IMG/VR virus record: IMGVR_UViG_3300017760_003812
Span: 1-24,769 of that record
Length of the DNA: 24,769 nucleotides
Origin: a virus
Taxonomy: Duplodnaviria > Caudoviricetes
Direction: 5' to 3' (one strand)
Positions 1 through 8,087 of the stretch are shown piece after piece (position 1 is the stretch's first letter; every line of letters begins with the position of its first letter). The notes below the pieces were generated by a model, which ran no database searches, was not told where the DNA came from, and saw only the letters and a program-made list of their open reading frames with translations. The position numbers and the translations under genes were made by a program.

Positions 1-123
1 AAAGATTTAGAAAGTGGTAAACTTTCATTAACTGAAGAAGGATTTATGAAATTAGAATTTCAATCAGAAGATATAAAGACTTTATACTATATGGTAAGAA
101 AAGAAGATGCCACATATGTATAA
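1..123 (+). CDS. 3' end of probable DNA polymerase sliding clamp (T4 gp45-like), partial
   Basis: Frame 1 is open from base 1 to TAA 121-123: KDLESGKLSLTEEGFMKLEFQSEDIKTLYYMVRKEDATYV. This resembles the beta-rich C-terminus of phage clamps, and clamp-loader genes follow downstream. Only 40 aa are visible. Confidence 0.5.
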   Translation, partial: KDLESGKLSLTEEGFMKLEFQSEDIKTLYYMVRKEDATYV

Positions 124-142
124 TAAATTGACCTAAGGGCGC
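121..142 (+). repeat. Left arm of long-range inverted repeat flanking hsp20
   Basis: TAATAAATTGACCTAAGGGCGC pairs with 629-651 (19 Watson-Crick pairs, 3 G-U pairs, 1 bulge). Confidence 0.8.
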
Positions 143-165
143 AAGTTTTAAATTATTTATTAACC

Positions 166-183
166 GCTGATCTTAATGACAGC
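166..183 (+). promoter_or_regulatory. Small 5'-leader hairpin upstream of hsp20
   Basis: GCTG-A-TC-TTAAT-GA-CAGC stem-loop ending 16 nt before the ATG at 200. Confidence 0.4.
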
Positions 184-199
184 ATAAAAACAAAGTGAT

Positions 200-622
200 A
201 TGAGTACACATTTTTTAGAGAGATCACACCATCCGTTTGATCTATTATTTCGAAACCTGTTTGAAACAGGAACCCAATTTACACCGGCTACTGAAGCCAA
301 ACAACAATACCCAATTAATATTTTTGAAGATGATATAGGTTTAACTTTTGAGTTAGCTTGTACTGGCATTCCTAAGGATGCTATTGAAGTTAAATTAGAA
401 GGAGATCTAATCAGTTTTAATTATGATAAGGAGAAAACACCAGAATCTTCTTCTCGAAACTATATCCATAGAGGAATTGCAAAACGTTCTTTTAATTTAG
501 GATATAAAGTAGGAACTAAGTTTGACCTTAAAAAAGCAACAGCTAATTTTCATGATGGTTTACTAATTGTGACAATTCCATTTGCAAAAGAAGCTATGCC
601 AAAAGTTTTAAAAATTAACTAA
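200..622 (+). CDS. hsp20: Small heat shock protein (Hsp20/alpha-crystallin, IbpA-like)
   Basis: 140 aa; YPINI, ELACTGIPKDAIEV, YIHRGIAKRSF and ANFHDGLLIVTIP are typical alpha-crystallin-domain motifs. Confidence 0.95.
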   Translation: MSTHFLERSHHPFDLLFRNLFETGTQFTPATEAKQQYPINIFEDDIGLTFELACTGIPKDAIEVKLEGDLISFNYDKEKTPESSSRNYIHRGIAKRSFNLGYKVGTKFDLKKATANFHDGLLIVTIPFAKEAMPKVLKIN

Positions 623-628
623 CCAAAA

Positions 629-651
629 GCGCCCTTTAGGTTGGTTTATTA
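629..651 (+). repeat. Right arm of long-range inverted repeat flanking hsp20
   Basis: GCGCCCTTTAGGTTGGTTTATTA is complementary to 121-142. It can also form an alternative local hairpin at 621-642. Confidence 0.8.
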
Positions 652-671
652 AAACTATTTTCGTATATTAC
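641..671 (+). promoter_or_regulatory. Putative promoter TTGG-N17-CGTATATTAC upstream of orf697-groES-groEL
   Basis: Same motif and same 17-nt spacing as the copies at 3250, 22526, 24384 and 24577; resembles the Bacteroidota -33 TTTG / -7 TAnnTTTG consensus. Confidence 0.7.
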
Positions 672-696
672 ATCATAATTAAAAAATTAAAGTTAT

Positions 697-993
697 ATGA
701 CTATTATTAGAGACCCATTATTAGAGCCTTATTTTATAGGCAAAGATGCATACTGCTATACAGCGTATGAAGTGATAACACCACAAAAAAAATATTTAGC
801 TGAAGGTAGCAAAGGCAAAAATTATGAAAAACCAATAGGCCATTATGCTGATTTTGGTAATGCTCTAGAAGCAATTATGAAAGCTCAATTAAACGAAAAA
901 AATGGAGAATATTCATCCATCCAAGAATATTTGGATAAATGGAATAAAATAAAATCAAATTTAAATAACATTAAAGAAAAAATTGGAATATGA
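697..993 (+). CDS. Hypothetical phage protein
   Basis: 98 aa ORF after a promoter and A-rich leader; ATGA overlap with groES. Confidence 0.8.
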   Translation: MTIIRDPLLEPYFIGKDAYCYTAYEVITPQKKYLAEGSKGKNYEKPIGHYADFGNALEAIMKAQLNEKNGEYSSIQEYLDKWNKIKSNLNNIKEKIGI

Positions 994-1328
994 ATTTAGA
1001 AGCATTATTTAACGCTGTTATAGTTAAACCAATTGAAGCAGAAGAAACAAAGTATGGTTCAATTGTAGTCCCTGATATGGGAAAAGATGTAAATGAACAT
1101 GGAGAAATAATAGCAGTAGGACCTGGTCAACACACAATTTCAGGTACATTTATTGAAACTATGAGTAAAGTTGGAGATATAGTAATATTACCAACTCAAG
1201 GATTTACAAAGTTACAACATGATGGGGAAGATTATTATGTTGGTCCTGAAAATCAAATCTTAGCTAGAGTAAAAAAAGAAGTTGATTATGAAAAAATATT
1301 AGAAGAAACTGAACCTTTAAAAGAATAA
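990..1328 (+). CDS. groES: Co-chaperonin GroES (Cpn10)
   Basis: ALFNAVIVKP, mobile loop TKYGSIVVPD, GEIIAVGPG, KVGDIVI, ENQILA; lies directly upstream of groEL; acidic C-terminal extension. Confidence 0.93.
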   Translation: MNLEALFNAVIVKPIEAEETKYGSIVVPDMGKDVNEHGEIIAVGPGQHTISGTFIETMSKVGDIVILPTQGFTKLQHDGEDYYVGPENQILARVKKEVDYEKILEETEPLKE

Positions 1329-1330
1329 AA

Positions 1331-2974
1331 ATGAGTAAAATTATAGAATTTGGCCCTGAGGGGAGAAATAAATTAGTAAAAGGAATTGATACATTAGCTA
1401 ATGCTGTAGTATCTACATTAGGACCCAATGGGAGAAATGTAGTAATTGAAAGACCTAACCAGTCACCTATATCTACAAAAGATGGAGTTACAGTAGCAAA
1501 ACATATAAATGTAAGTAATCCTGTAGAAAATTTAGGTGTTAACTTAGTTAGAGAAGCATCTATAAAAACAGCAGATAAAGCTGGTGACGGTACAACTACA
1601 TCTACTTTATTAGCTAGAGAAATGATCAAAGATGGTTTACAACATTTAGCTAATGGAGCTAATGCTGTTGAAATTAAAAGAGGAATTGATAAAGCAGTAA
1701 AAGAAGTTGTCAATAATTTAAGAGAAAATCTATCAGAAGATATTTCAGATGAAAATCAATTAGAACAAATTGCAACTATTTCTGCTAATAATGATCCTGA
1801 AGTAGGTAAGTTAATAGCTACGGCTATGGATAAAGTAGGAGTTGAAGGGGTAGTACATATTGAAGAATCTAAAACAGGTGATACCTATTTGGAAACTGTT
1901 GAAGGAATGCAATTTGATAGAGGTTATTTATCACATTATTTTGTCACTAATAATAGTACAATGACTTGTACTTTAGAAGATCCTTACATTTTGGTACTTA
2001 ATCAAAAATTATCTCAAGTTAAAGACTTATTACCTATGTTAGAAGCAGTTTCTAACACTAATAAATCATTACTTATTATAGCTGAGGATGTTGATAGTGA
2101 AGCATTAGCAACCCTTATTGTAAACAAAGCTAGAGGTACAATTAAAGTAGCTGCTGTTAAAGCACCTGACTTTGGTGATAGAAGAAAATTAATCTTAGAA
2201 GACATAGCATCAGTAACAGGAGGTCAAGTATTTGATAAAGATAAAGGAATGAAACTTGATAAATTTTCTTGGGAATGGTTTGGTGAAGCTCGTACTGTAA
2301 CTATCTCAAAGGAAAAAACAACTATTATTGATGGTAAAGGAGATGAAGAATCTGTTAAACAACGTCTAGAAGAACTTACTACCCAAATTGATAAAGCACA
2401 ATCTTCATTTGAAACTGAAAAGTTACAAGAAAGATTAGCTAAAATGGCTGGTGGTGTTTCTATTATTCATGTTGGAGGTTATACTGAAACTGAAATGAAT
2501 GAAAAGAAAGATAGAGTTGATGATGCTTTACATGCAACCAAAGCTGCTATTGAAGAAGGTATTGTACCTGGAGGAGGAGCAGCTCTATTATATGCAAGAG
2601 AAGCAATACCAGTTTCAAGTAAATGTAATAATTGTATAGGGGCTGATATAGTTTATAATTCATGTGGTAAACCTTTTGAACAAATTTTAGTTAATGCTGG
2701 TAAAGATTCAGTTGAAGCCCAAATGATAGGAAAATACAATTTAGTAGATTCAGGTAATGATACATGGGCGGGATATAATATTAAAACTGGAGTAGTTACT
2801 GATATGAAAAAAGCAGGTATTATTGATCCTACTAAAGTAACTAGAACAGCACTTGAAAATGCTGCCTCAGTAGCAGGAACTGTATTACTTACAGAATGTA
2901 TAGTTGTTGATGAACCTAAAGAAGAAAATAACCAACCACAATTAGATCCATCAATGATGGGGATGGGCATGTAA
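1331..2974 (+). CDS. groEL: Chaperonin GroEL (Cpn60)
   Basis: 547 aa; TLGPNGRNV, TKDGVTVA, AGDGTTT, EGMQFDRGY, KAPDFGDRRK, EEGIVPGGG, GIIDPTKVTRTAL, MMGMGM tail. Confidence 0.98.
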   Translation: MSKIIEFGPEGRNKLVKGIDTLANAVVSTLGPNGRNVVIERPNQSPISTKDGVTVAKHINVSNPVENLGVNLVREASIKTADKAGDGTTTSTLLAREMIKDGLQHLANGANAVEIKRGIDKAVKEVVNNLRENLSEDISDENQLEQIATISANNDPEVGKLIATAMDKVGVEGVVHIEESKTGDTYLETVEGMQFDRGYLSHYFVTNNSTMTCTLEDPYILVLNQKLSQVKDLLPMLEAVSNTNKSLLIIAEDVDSEALATLIVNKARGTIKVAAVKAPDFGDRRKLILEDIASVTGGQVFDKDKGMKLDKFSWEWFGEARTVTISKEKTTIIDGKGDEESVKQRLEELTTQIDKAQSSFETEKLQERLAKMAGGVSIIHVGGYTETEMNEKKDRVDDALHATKAAIEEGIVPGGGAALLYAREAIPVSSKCNNCIGADIVYNSCGKPFEQILVNAGKDSVEAQMIGKYNLVDSGNDTWAGYNIKTGVVTDMKKAGIIDPTKVTRTALENAASVAGTVLLTECIVVDEPKEENNQPQLDPSMMGMGM

Positions 2975-2975
2975 T

Positions 2976-3248
2976 ATGGAAATAAAAGAAACTGAACATA
3001 ATAAGCTTATTGCTACTAGAGTACCACCTGGAGACAAGTGGACTCTAGTAGATGATAAGAAAAAGGTAGTACATGAAACTTTAACTGATACTTTAGAGGC
3101 ACATTTTAAATCTACAGGTAACCCTTGTGAATTTAGATTATCTCCTTTAGATAGTAAGTTATATGCTATTGAAACTCACCAATATGAAGTCCCTGAAGAA
3201 AAACCTAAAGAATTTAGTATGTATGGGGAATTTAAACAAGGAAGATAA
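2976..3248 (+). CDS. Hypothetical protein
   Basis: 90 aa ORF starting 1 nt after the groEL stop. Confidence 0.75.
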   Translation: MEIKETEHNKLIATRVPPGDKWTLVDDKKKVVHETLTDTLEAHFKSTGNPCEFRLSPLDSKLYAIETHQYEVPEEKPKEFSMYGEFKQGR

Positions 3249-3281
3249 TTTGGATTCCTTAATAAAAGTTATTATATTTAC
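3249..3281 (+). promoter_or_regulatory. Putative promoter TTTGG-N17-ATTATATTTAC upstream of clamp loader
   Basis: Variant of the recurring motif (AT replaces CG) with identical spacing; ATG follows 3 nt later. Confidence 0.6.
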
Positions 3282-3284
3282 AAT

Positions 3285-4208
3285 ATGAAAAAACATAGTT
3301 TACTAGTTGAAAAATATAGACCTACTAATATAGATAATTATGTAGGTAATGAAAGTATTAAAAATACTATTAAAAGTTATATTGACCAAAATGATATTCA
3401 AAATTTATTATTTTATGGTCCTGCAGGAACTGGGAAAACTACATTAGCTAAATTAATTGCTAAAAATATTGATTGTGATCTATTATATATTAATGCTTCA
3501 GATGAAAGAGGTATTGAAACTATTAGAGATAAAGTATCAGGATTTGCTAGTACAATGTCTTTCAAAGCATTAAAAATTGTTATTTTAGATGAAGCAGATT
3601 TTTTAACTATAATGGCTCAAGCATCTTTAAGAAATGTTATTGAAACCTTTTCACGTTCAACTAGATTTATATTGACTTGTAATTATCTAGAAAGAATTAT
3701 TGACCCTTTACAATCAAGATGTCAAACATTAAAAATAATACCTCCAGATAAATTAGAAATTGTTAACCATTTAATGAAAGTTGTAAATAAAGAAAAAATT
3801 AAATGTAGTGTAAATGATTTAGAAACTATTACAAATAACAATTACCCTGATGTACGTAAAATGCTTAATACTATACAGGTATCTACCGCAAATAACACAT
3901 TAAAATTAGATACAGACACACTAATAGGAAGTAATTATCAAGATCAAATATTAGAAGAATTAAAAACAAAAAAACCAAATTGGAGAACAATTAGACAAAT
4001 AATAGCAGATTCTAATGTTAAAGATTTTGAAGGATTTTATCGTTTTCTTTACGATAATAGTAGTAAATATGCTCCTGGAAAGGAAGGTATGATAGCATAT
4101 TATGTAAATGAATACTCATACCAATCAAATTTCAGAATAGATAAAGAAGTAAATTGTATGGCTTTAATATCTAAAATTATAGAAACAATTAAACCAAATA
4201 TTATTTAA
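3285..4208 (+). CDS. Clamp loader AAA+ ATPase subunit (T4 gp44 / RFC small subunit-like)
   Basis: LLVEKYRP, Walker A GPAGTGKT, NASDERGIETIR, Walker B ILDEAD, sensor CNY, arginine-finger motif LQSRC. Confidence 0.95.
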   Translation: MKKHSLLVEKYRPTNIDNYVGNESIKNTIKSYIDQNDIQNLLFYGPAGTGKTTLAKLIAKNIDCDLLYINASDERGIETIRDKVSGFASTMSFKALKIVILDEADFLTIMAQASLRNVIETFSRSTRFILTCNYLERIIDPLQSRCQTLKIIPPDKLEIVNHLMKVVNKEKIKCSVNDLETITNNNYPDVRKMLNTIQVSTANNTLKLDTDTLIGSNYQDQILEELKTKKPNWRTIRQIIADSNVKDFEGFYRFLYDNSSKYAPGKEGMIAYYVNEYSYQSNFRIDKEVNCMALISKIIETIKPNII

Positions 4209-4219
4209 AATTATTAATT

Positions 4220-4468
4220 ATGCAAAATGGAATGCAACAACCAAACATTGATTTAAAAAACACAACCGCTATTGAAACAGAAGATGGAGGAAGAATATGG
4301 CAACAAGGAGCTTTATTACGTAAAGTATCTAAATTTGTAACAGGAACTGACTCTGATGCTGTTATGCCTATCCCTGTTTTTTATGATCCTGAAACAAATA
4401 AAATTTTAGAAGATTCACTTCCAAAAGAATTAAGAGAGGAATATAAGGATGTCCTTGTTAAATCCTAA
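4220..4468 (+). CDS. Hypothetical protein
   Basis: 82 aa ORF between the two clamp-loader genes. Confidence 0.8.
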   Translation: MQNGMQQPNIDLKNTTAIETEDGGRIWQQGALLRKVSKFVTGTDSDAVMPIPVFYDPETNKILEDSLPKELREEYKDVLVKS

Positions 4469-4883
4469 AAATATTTTTGAATGGCTAAATGAACTTACTG
4501 ATAAAAAGTCAAGTTTAGATAGTTTTGAAGAAAGTGCTTGGGGAACTTTTAATGCCTATATGGTACATAGATTTGTATCAATGTATCAAGGTTATATTGA
4601 AATCGCTAACCTAGCACAAAAATTTTCTCCAACAGATAAAAAAGGAATATACAATTTTTATTGTGAAATGCTTCCTAGAAAAAAAATGTTTTTGAGATAT
4701 ATTAAGTCAAAAACAAAACAAAATACAAAAGAAATATTAGAACCTATTGTTAAATATTTTGAATGTAGTTTTGTAGAAGCAAATGAGTATATAAATCTTT
4801 TAAATAGGGAGGAAATTAAAGATATTCTTATTAAATTAGGAATAAATAGTAAAGAAATTAAAAAATTAATTAAAAAATTATAA
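4449..4883 (+). CDS. Probable clamp loader A subunit (T4 gp62-like)
   Basis: FEWLNEL..K, FNAYMVHRFVS, YNFY...LPRKK.F..YIK, IVKYFECSFVEANEYINLL pattern recalled for phage gp62-like proteins; adjacent to the gp44-like gene. Confidence 0.7.
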   Translation: MSLLNPKNIFEWLNELTDKKSSLDSFEESAWGTFNAYMVHRFVSMYQGYIEIANLAQKFSPTDKKGIYNFYCEMLPRKKMFLRYIKSKTKQNTKEILEPIVKYFECSFVEANEYINLLNREEIKDILIKLGINSKEIKKLIKKL

Positions 4884-4884
4884 A

Positions 4885-5103
4885 ATGGCACAATATAAAG
4901 TAATAACAGCACTTAAAACTCAAGCAGAAGCTGATAAATCAAAAGCATTAATGGCATTAGAATTATTAACTGAATGTTCAGTAGGAATAGGAGACCACAC
5001 TGCAGATGATTTTCTTAAAGATGCAACTAAAAGCCTAAAATTATTAGCTTCAGCTGAAGAGAGATTAGATATAATAGAAAAGTACTATGGAACAAATTCA
5101 TAA
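4885..5103 (+). CDS. Hypothetical helical phage protein
   Basis: 72 aa ORF containing VGIGDH, tightly packed between neighbours. Confidence 0.75.
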   Translation: MAQYKVITALKTQAEADKSKALMALELLTECSVGIGDHTADDFLKDATKSLKLLASAEERLDIIEKYYGTNS

Positions 5104-5443
5104 AGAACAAACAGTAAAAATATTCGAAAAAGAATACCCAGAATTATCTGAAGAATTTAAAAAGATAAGTAATGAAATGTATGTAATGTTTGCAGCTAAA
5201 CATATGGATTATGGGTTAAATAATATAGCTTTAGGTGGAGATATTTTAAATAATGATAATGATAAAACATTTTCACTTACTGGGCTATGTATCAGATTAA
5301 CAGATAAAATTAGTAGACTAAAAAATCTATTATTAAATGGTAGAGCATTTGTTAAAGGAGAAGGAATGGAAGATACTTTTATTGATATAGCTAATTATGG
5401 CATTATTGGGTTATTAGTAGGACGTAATAAATGGAAAAAATAA
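5087..5443 (+). CDS. DUF1599 / nucleotide-modification-associated domain protein (all-helical, MazG-like)
   Basis: K.MDYG..NI, GLCIRLTDKISRLKNL, EDTFIDIANYGIIGLL motifs. Confidence 0.8.
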   Translation: MEQIHKEQTVKIFEKEYPELSEEFKKISNEMYVMFAAKHMDYGLNNIALGGDILNNDNDKTFSLTGLCIRLTDKISRLKNLLLNGRAFVKGEGMEDTFIDIANYGIIGLLVGRNKWKK

Positions 5444-5447
5444 TACT

Positions 5448-6398
5448 TTGGCCACAAAAATACCCCCCATTGTAAAAATAATTAGAAATTATAAACCTGA
5501 ACCTATTAATTTTGGCTATCAGAAAAATATTTCTTACTCCCAACTTTCAATGTTTAGAAGTTGCCCCCAAAAATGGGCTCTTCAATATAAAGAAGGACAT
5601 AAAAGACAATCTCCTAGTATTCATACTGTATTTGGAACTGCATTTCATGAGGTAGTACAACACTACTTGGATATAATGTATGAAAAAAGTGGGGCAGCTG
5701 CTGATAGAGAAAATATCGAGGAATTATTAGAAGAAAAATTAAGAGAAGAATATCTTATTCAATATAAGAAAAATAAAAACCAACATTTTAGCTCTTCAGA
5801 AGAAATTAGGGAATTTTATAATGATGGGGTTCAAATCTTAAGATACTTTAAAAAACATAAAGGTAAATATTTTAGTAAAAAGGGATGGTTTTTAGTTGGT
5901 TGTGAGGTACCCATATCAATTACTCCTAATAACGCGTATAAAAACGTTATATACAATGGTTTTTTAGATGTTGTATTATACCATGAACCCACAGATACAT
6001 TTCAAATAATCGATATTAAAACAAGTACTAAAGGATGGAATTCATATGCTAAAAAGGATGAGGAAAAACATTTTCAATTAGTATTATATAAAAAATTCTT
6101 TGCAGAACAGTTTGGATTAGCAGAAAAAAGTATTGATATTGAGTTCCTAATTGTTAGAAGAAAAGTATATGAAGGTGGAGAATACCCACAAAAACGAATA
6201 CAAACATTTTCTCCAGCTTCTGGTAAAAATAAAACTAATAAAGCAACTAGAATTTTAAATGAATTTATAAATGAAGCATTTGACTATACAGGATACAAAG
6301 AAACACTTCACATTCCACAACCATCAAAATGGAATTGCCATTTCTGTGCATTTAAAGAAGATGATGAGTTATGTAATGTCCTTGGTAAAAATTCATAA
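5448..6398 (+). CDS. PD-(D/E)XK nuclease, Cas4/AddB-like with putative Fe-S cysteines
   Basis: ISYSQL..F.SCP..W, FGTAFHE, E-V-P, GFLDVV, IIDIKTS, QLVLY, C-terminal CHFC-x7-C; TTG start. Confidence 0.88.
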   Translation: MATKIPPIVKIIRNYKPEPINFGYQKNISYSQLSMFRSCPQKWALQYKEGHKRQSPSIHTVFGTAFHEVVQHYLDIMYEKSGAAADRENIEELLEEKLREEYLIQYKKNKNQHFSSSEEIREFYNDGVQILRYFKKHKGKYFSKKGWFLVGCEVPISITPNNAYKNVIYNGFLDVVLYHEPTDTFQIIDIKTSTKGWNSYAKKDEEKHFQLVLYKKFFAEQFGLAEKSIDIEFLIVRRKVYEGGEYPQKRIQTFSPASGKNKTNKATRILNEFINEAFDYTGYKETLHIPQPSKWNCHFCAFKEDDELCNVLGKNS

Positions 6399-6441
6399 TC
6401 CACATATACGTATAGACAAATATAAATTAAAAAATAAAACT

Positions 6442-6636
6442 ATGACTGATAAAAAAAATATGACACTTACAAGTGTAAAAGTAAAAAGTAATTTATTTGA
6501 AAATTTTAAAATTGAATGTGTAAGACGTAAATTCTCATTTCAGAAATTATCTGATAGAGCTATACATTTATATCTTACAGATGAAGATTTTAGAAAAAAA
6601 ATACACAACCATAATAATTTAGAAATTGATAATTAA
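6442..6636 (+). CDS. Small ribbon-helix-helix-like DNA-binding protein
   Basis: MTDKKNMTLTSVKVKSNLFENFKIECVRRKFSFQKLSDRAIHLYL has a beta-strand followed by two helices. Start moved from 6271 to the ATG at 6442, which follows an A-rich leader. Confidence 0.65.
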   Translation: MTDKKNMTLTSVKVKSNLFENFKIECVRRKFSFQKLSDRAIHLYLTDEDFRKKIHNHNNLEIDN

Positions 6637-6649
6637 AATTTAACAATAA

Positions 6650-8086
6650 ATGAAAGAAGGTTATATTAAAAAAGAAGATAGAAAAAAAATATTATTAATA
6701 ACTGATGATATTAGGGTACATTCAGGTGTTGCTCAAGTAGGAAGAGAAATTGTTTTTAATACTTTACATAAATATAATTGGGCCCAAATAGCAGGAGCAG
6801 TAGACCACCCAGATAAAGGAAAAATTATTGATCTTGCTGAAGAGATAAAAACCCAAAAATTAGTAGAAGAAAAAGATCCTTATGTAAGGTTATACCCTAC
6901 TAAAGGATATGGAAGTATAGATGAATTAAGAGCAATAATAAAGAATGAAAAACCAGATGCTTTATTTTTAATAACTGATCCTAGATATTTTACTTGGTTG
7001 TTTAATTCTGAGGACCAAATAAGAAATTCAATACCTATAATATATCTTAATATTTGGGATAACTACCCAGCTCCAATGTATAATAAAGAATATTATGAAT
7101 CTTGTGATTTATTATTAGGAATATCTAAACAAACAGTTAATATTAATAAACTTGTTTTAGGTGATAAAGGTAAAAATAAAATATTCAAATATGTTCCTCA
7201 TGGGTTAAATGATACTTTATTTAATATATTAGATGATAATTCTCCTGAATTATTACAATTTAAGAAAAATTTGGGATTACCTGAAGATAATAATTTTCAT
7301 TTAGTTTTTAATTCAAGAAATATAAGAAGAAAACAACCTTCTAATATCATAATGGCATGGAAATTATTTACAGAACAATTATCTCCAAAAGAAGCTAAAA
7401 AATGCCAATTAACATTAAAAACAGAAGCATCATTTGACCATGGTACAGATCTAACAGCTGTAATTGAATATATGTGTCCTCCTGAAACTTGTAGAGTAGG
7501 GGTATTACAACATAAATTATCAACTCAGGAAATGAATTTACTATATAATTCAGCAGATGGTGTAATACAAATATCAAATGCTGAAGGTTGGGGATTATCT
7601 TTAACTGAATCTATGTTAACAGGAACACCCTTTATAGCAGTAGTTACTGGGGGAATGCAAGATCAAATGAGATTTGAAGATGAAAATGGAGATTGGATTG
7701 AATTCAATGATGAATTTCCTTCTAATCATAAAGGAAAATACAAAAAGCATGGTGAATGGGCGTTACCTGTTTACACTAAAGCAAGTACCCTAGTAGGCTC
7801 TCCACAAACCCCTTATATATATGATGATCACCATGATATTAATGATGTAGCTGAACAAATTATGAAATTATATAAGATGGGTAAGGAAAAAAGGAAATCT
7901 ATTGGTAAAAAAGGATATGATTGGGCTAAAGGAGATGAAGCTGGATTTACATCTAAAAAAATGGCAAATAGAGTTATAGAAGGAATAGAACAATTATTTT
8001 CAACATGGAAACCTAGAGAAAAATATGAATTCCTTAAAGATACAGATTATGAAAAAAGAGTTTTACCACATAAATTAATATATTAA
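6650..8086 (+). CDS. Glycosyltransferase, GT-B fold (GT4-like)
   Basis: ILLITDD...SGVAQVGREI, YVPHG, NSRNIRRKQ, LYNSAD, EGWGLSLTESMLTGTP. Confidence 0.9.
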   Translation: MKEGYIKKEDRKKILLITDDIRVHSGVAQVGREIVFNTLHKYNWAQIAGAVDHPDKGKIIDLAEEIKTQKLVEEKDPYVRLYPTKGYGSIDELRAIIKNEKPDALFLITDPRYFTWLFNSEDQIRNSIPIIYLNIWDNYPAPMYNKEYYESCDLLLGISKQTVNINKLVLGDKGKNKIFKYVPHGLNDTLFNILDDNSPELLQFKKNLGLPEDNNFHLVFNSRNIRRKQPSNIIMAWKLFTEQLSPKEAKKCQLTLKTEASFDHGTDLTAVIEYMCPPETCRVGVLQHKLSTQEMNLLYNSADGVIQISNAEGWGLSLTESMLTGTPFIAVVTGGMQDQMRFEDENGDWIEFNDEFPSNHKGKYKKHGEWALPVYTKASTLVGSPQTPYIYDDHHDINDVAEQIMKLYKMGKEKRKSIGKKGYDWAKGDEAGFTSKKMANRVIEGIEQLFSTWKPREKYEFLKDTDYEKRVLPHKLIY

Positions 8087-8087
8087 T

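Noticed and set aside
121-651. hsp20-flanking inverted repeat as transposon or MITE ends
   Set aside because: No transposase, no evident target-site duplication, and the mismatches are G-U compatible, favouring RNA pairing.
623-989. CIRCE/HrcA operator upstream of groES-groEL
   Set aside because: No TTAGCACTC-N9-GAGTGCTAA-like inverted repeat seen.
5448-6398. CRISPR-Cas system suggested by the Cas4-like nuclease
   Set aside because: No repeat-spacer array and no cas1/cas2 or effector genes in the window.
6271-6441. N-terminal extension of the 121-aa ORF
   Set aside because: It overlaps the nuclease C-terminus; the ATG at 6442 after an A-rich leader fits an RHH-sized protein better.
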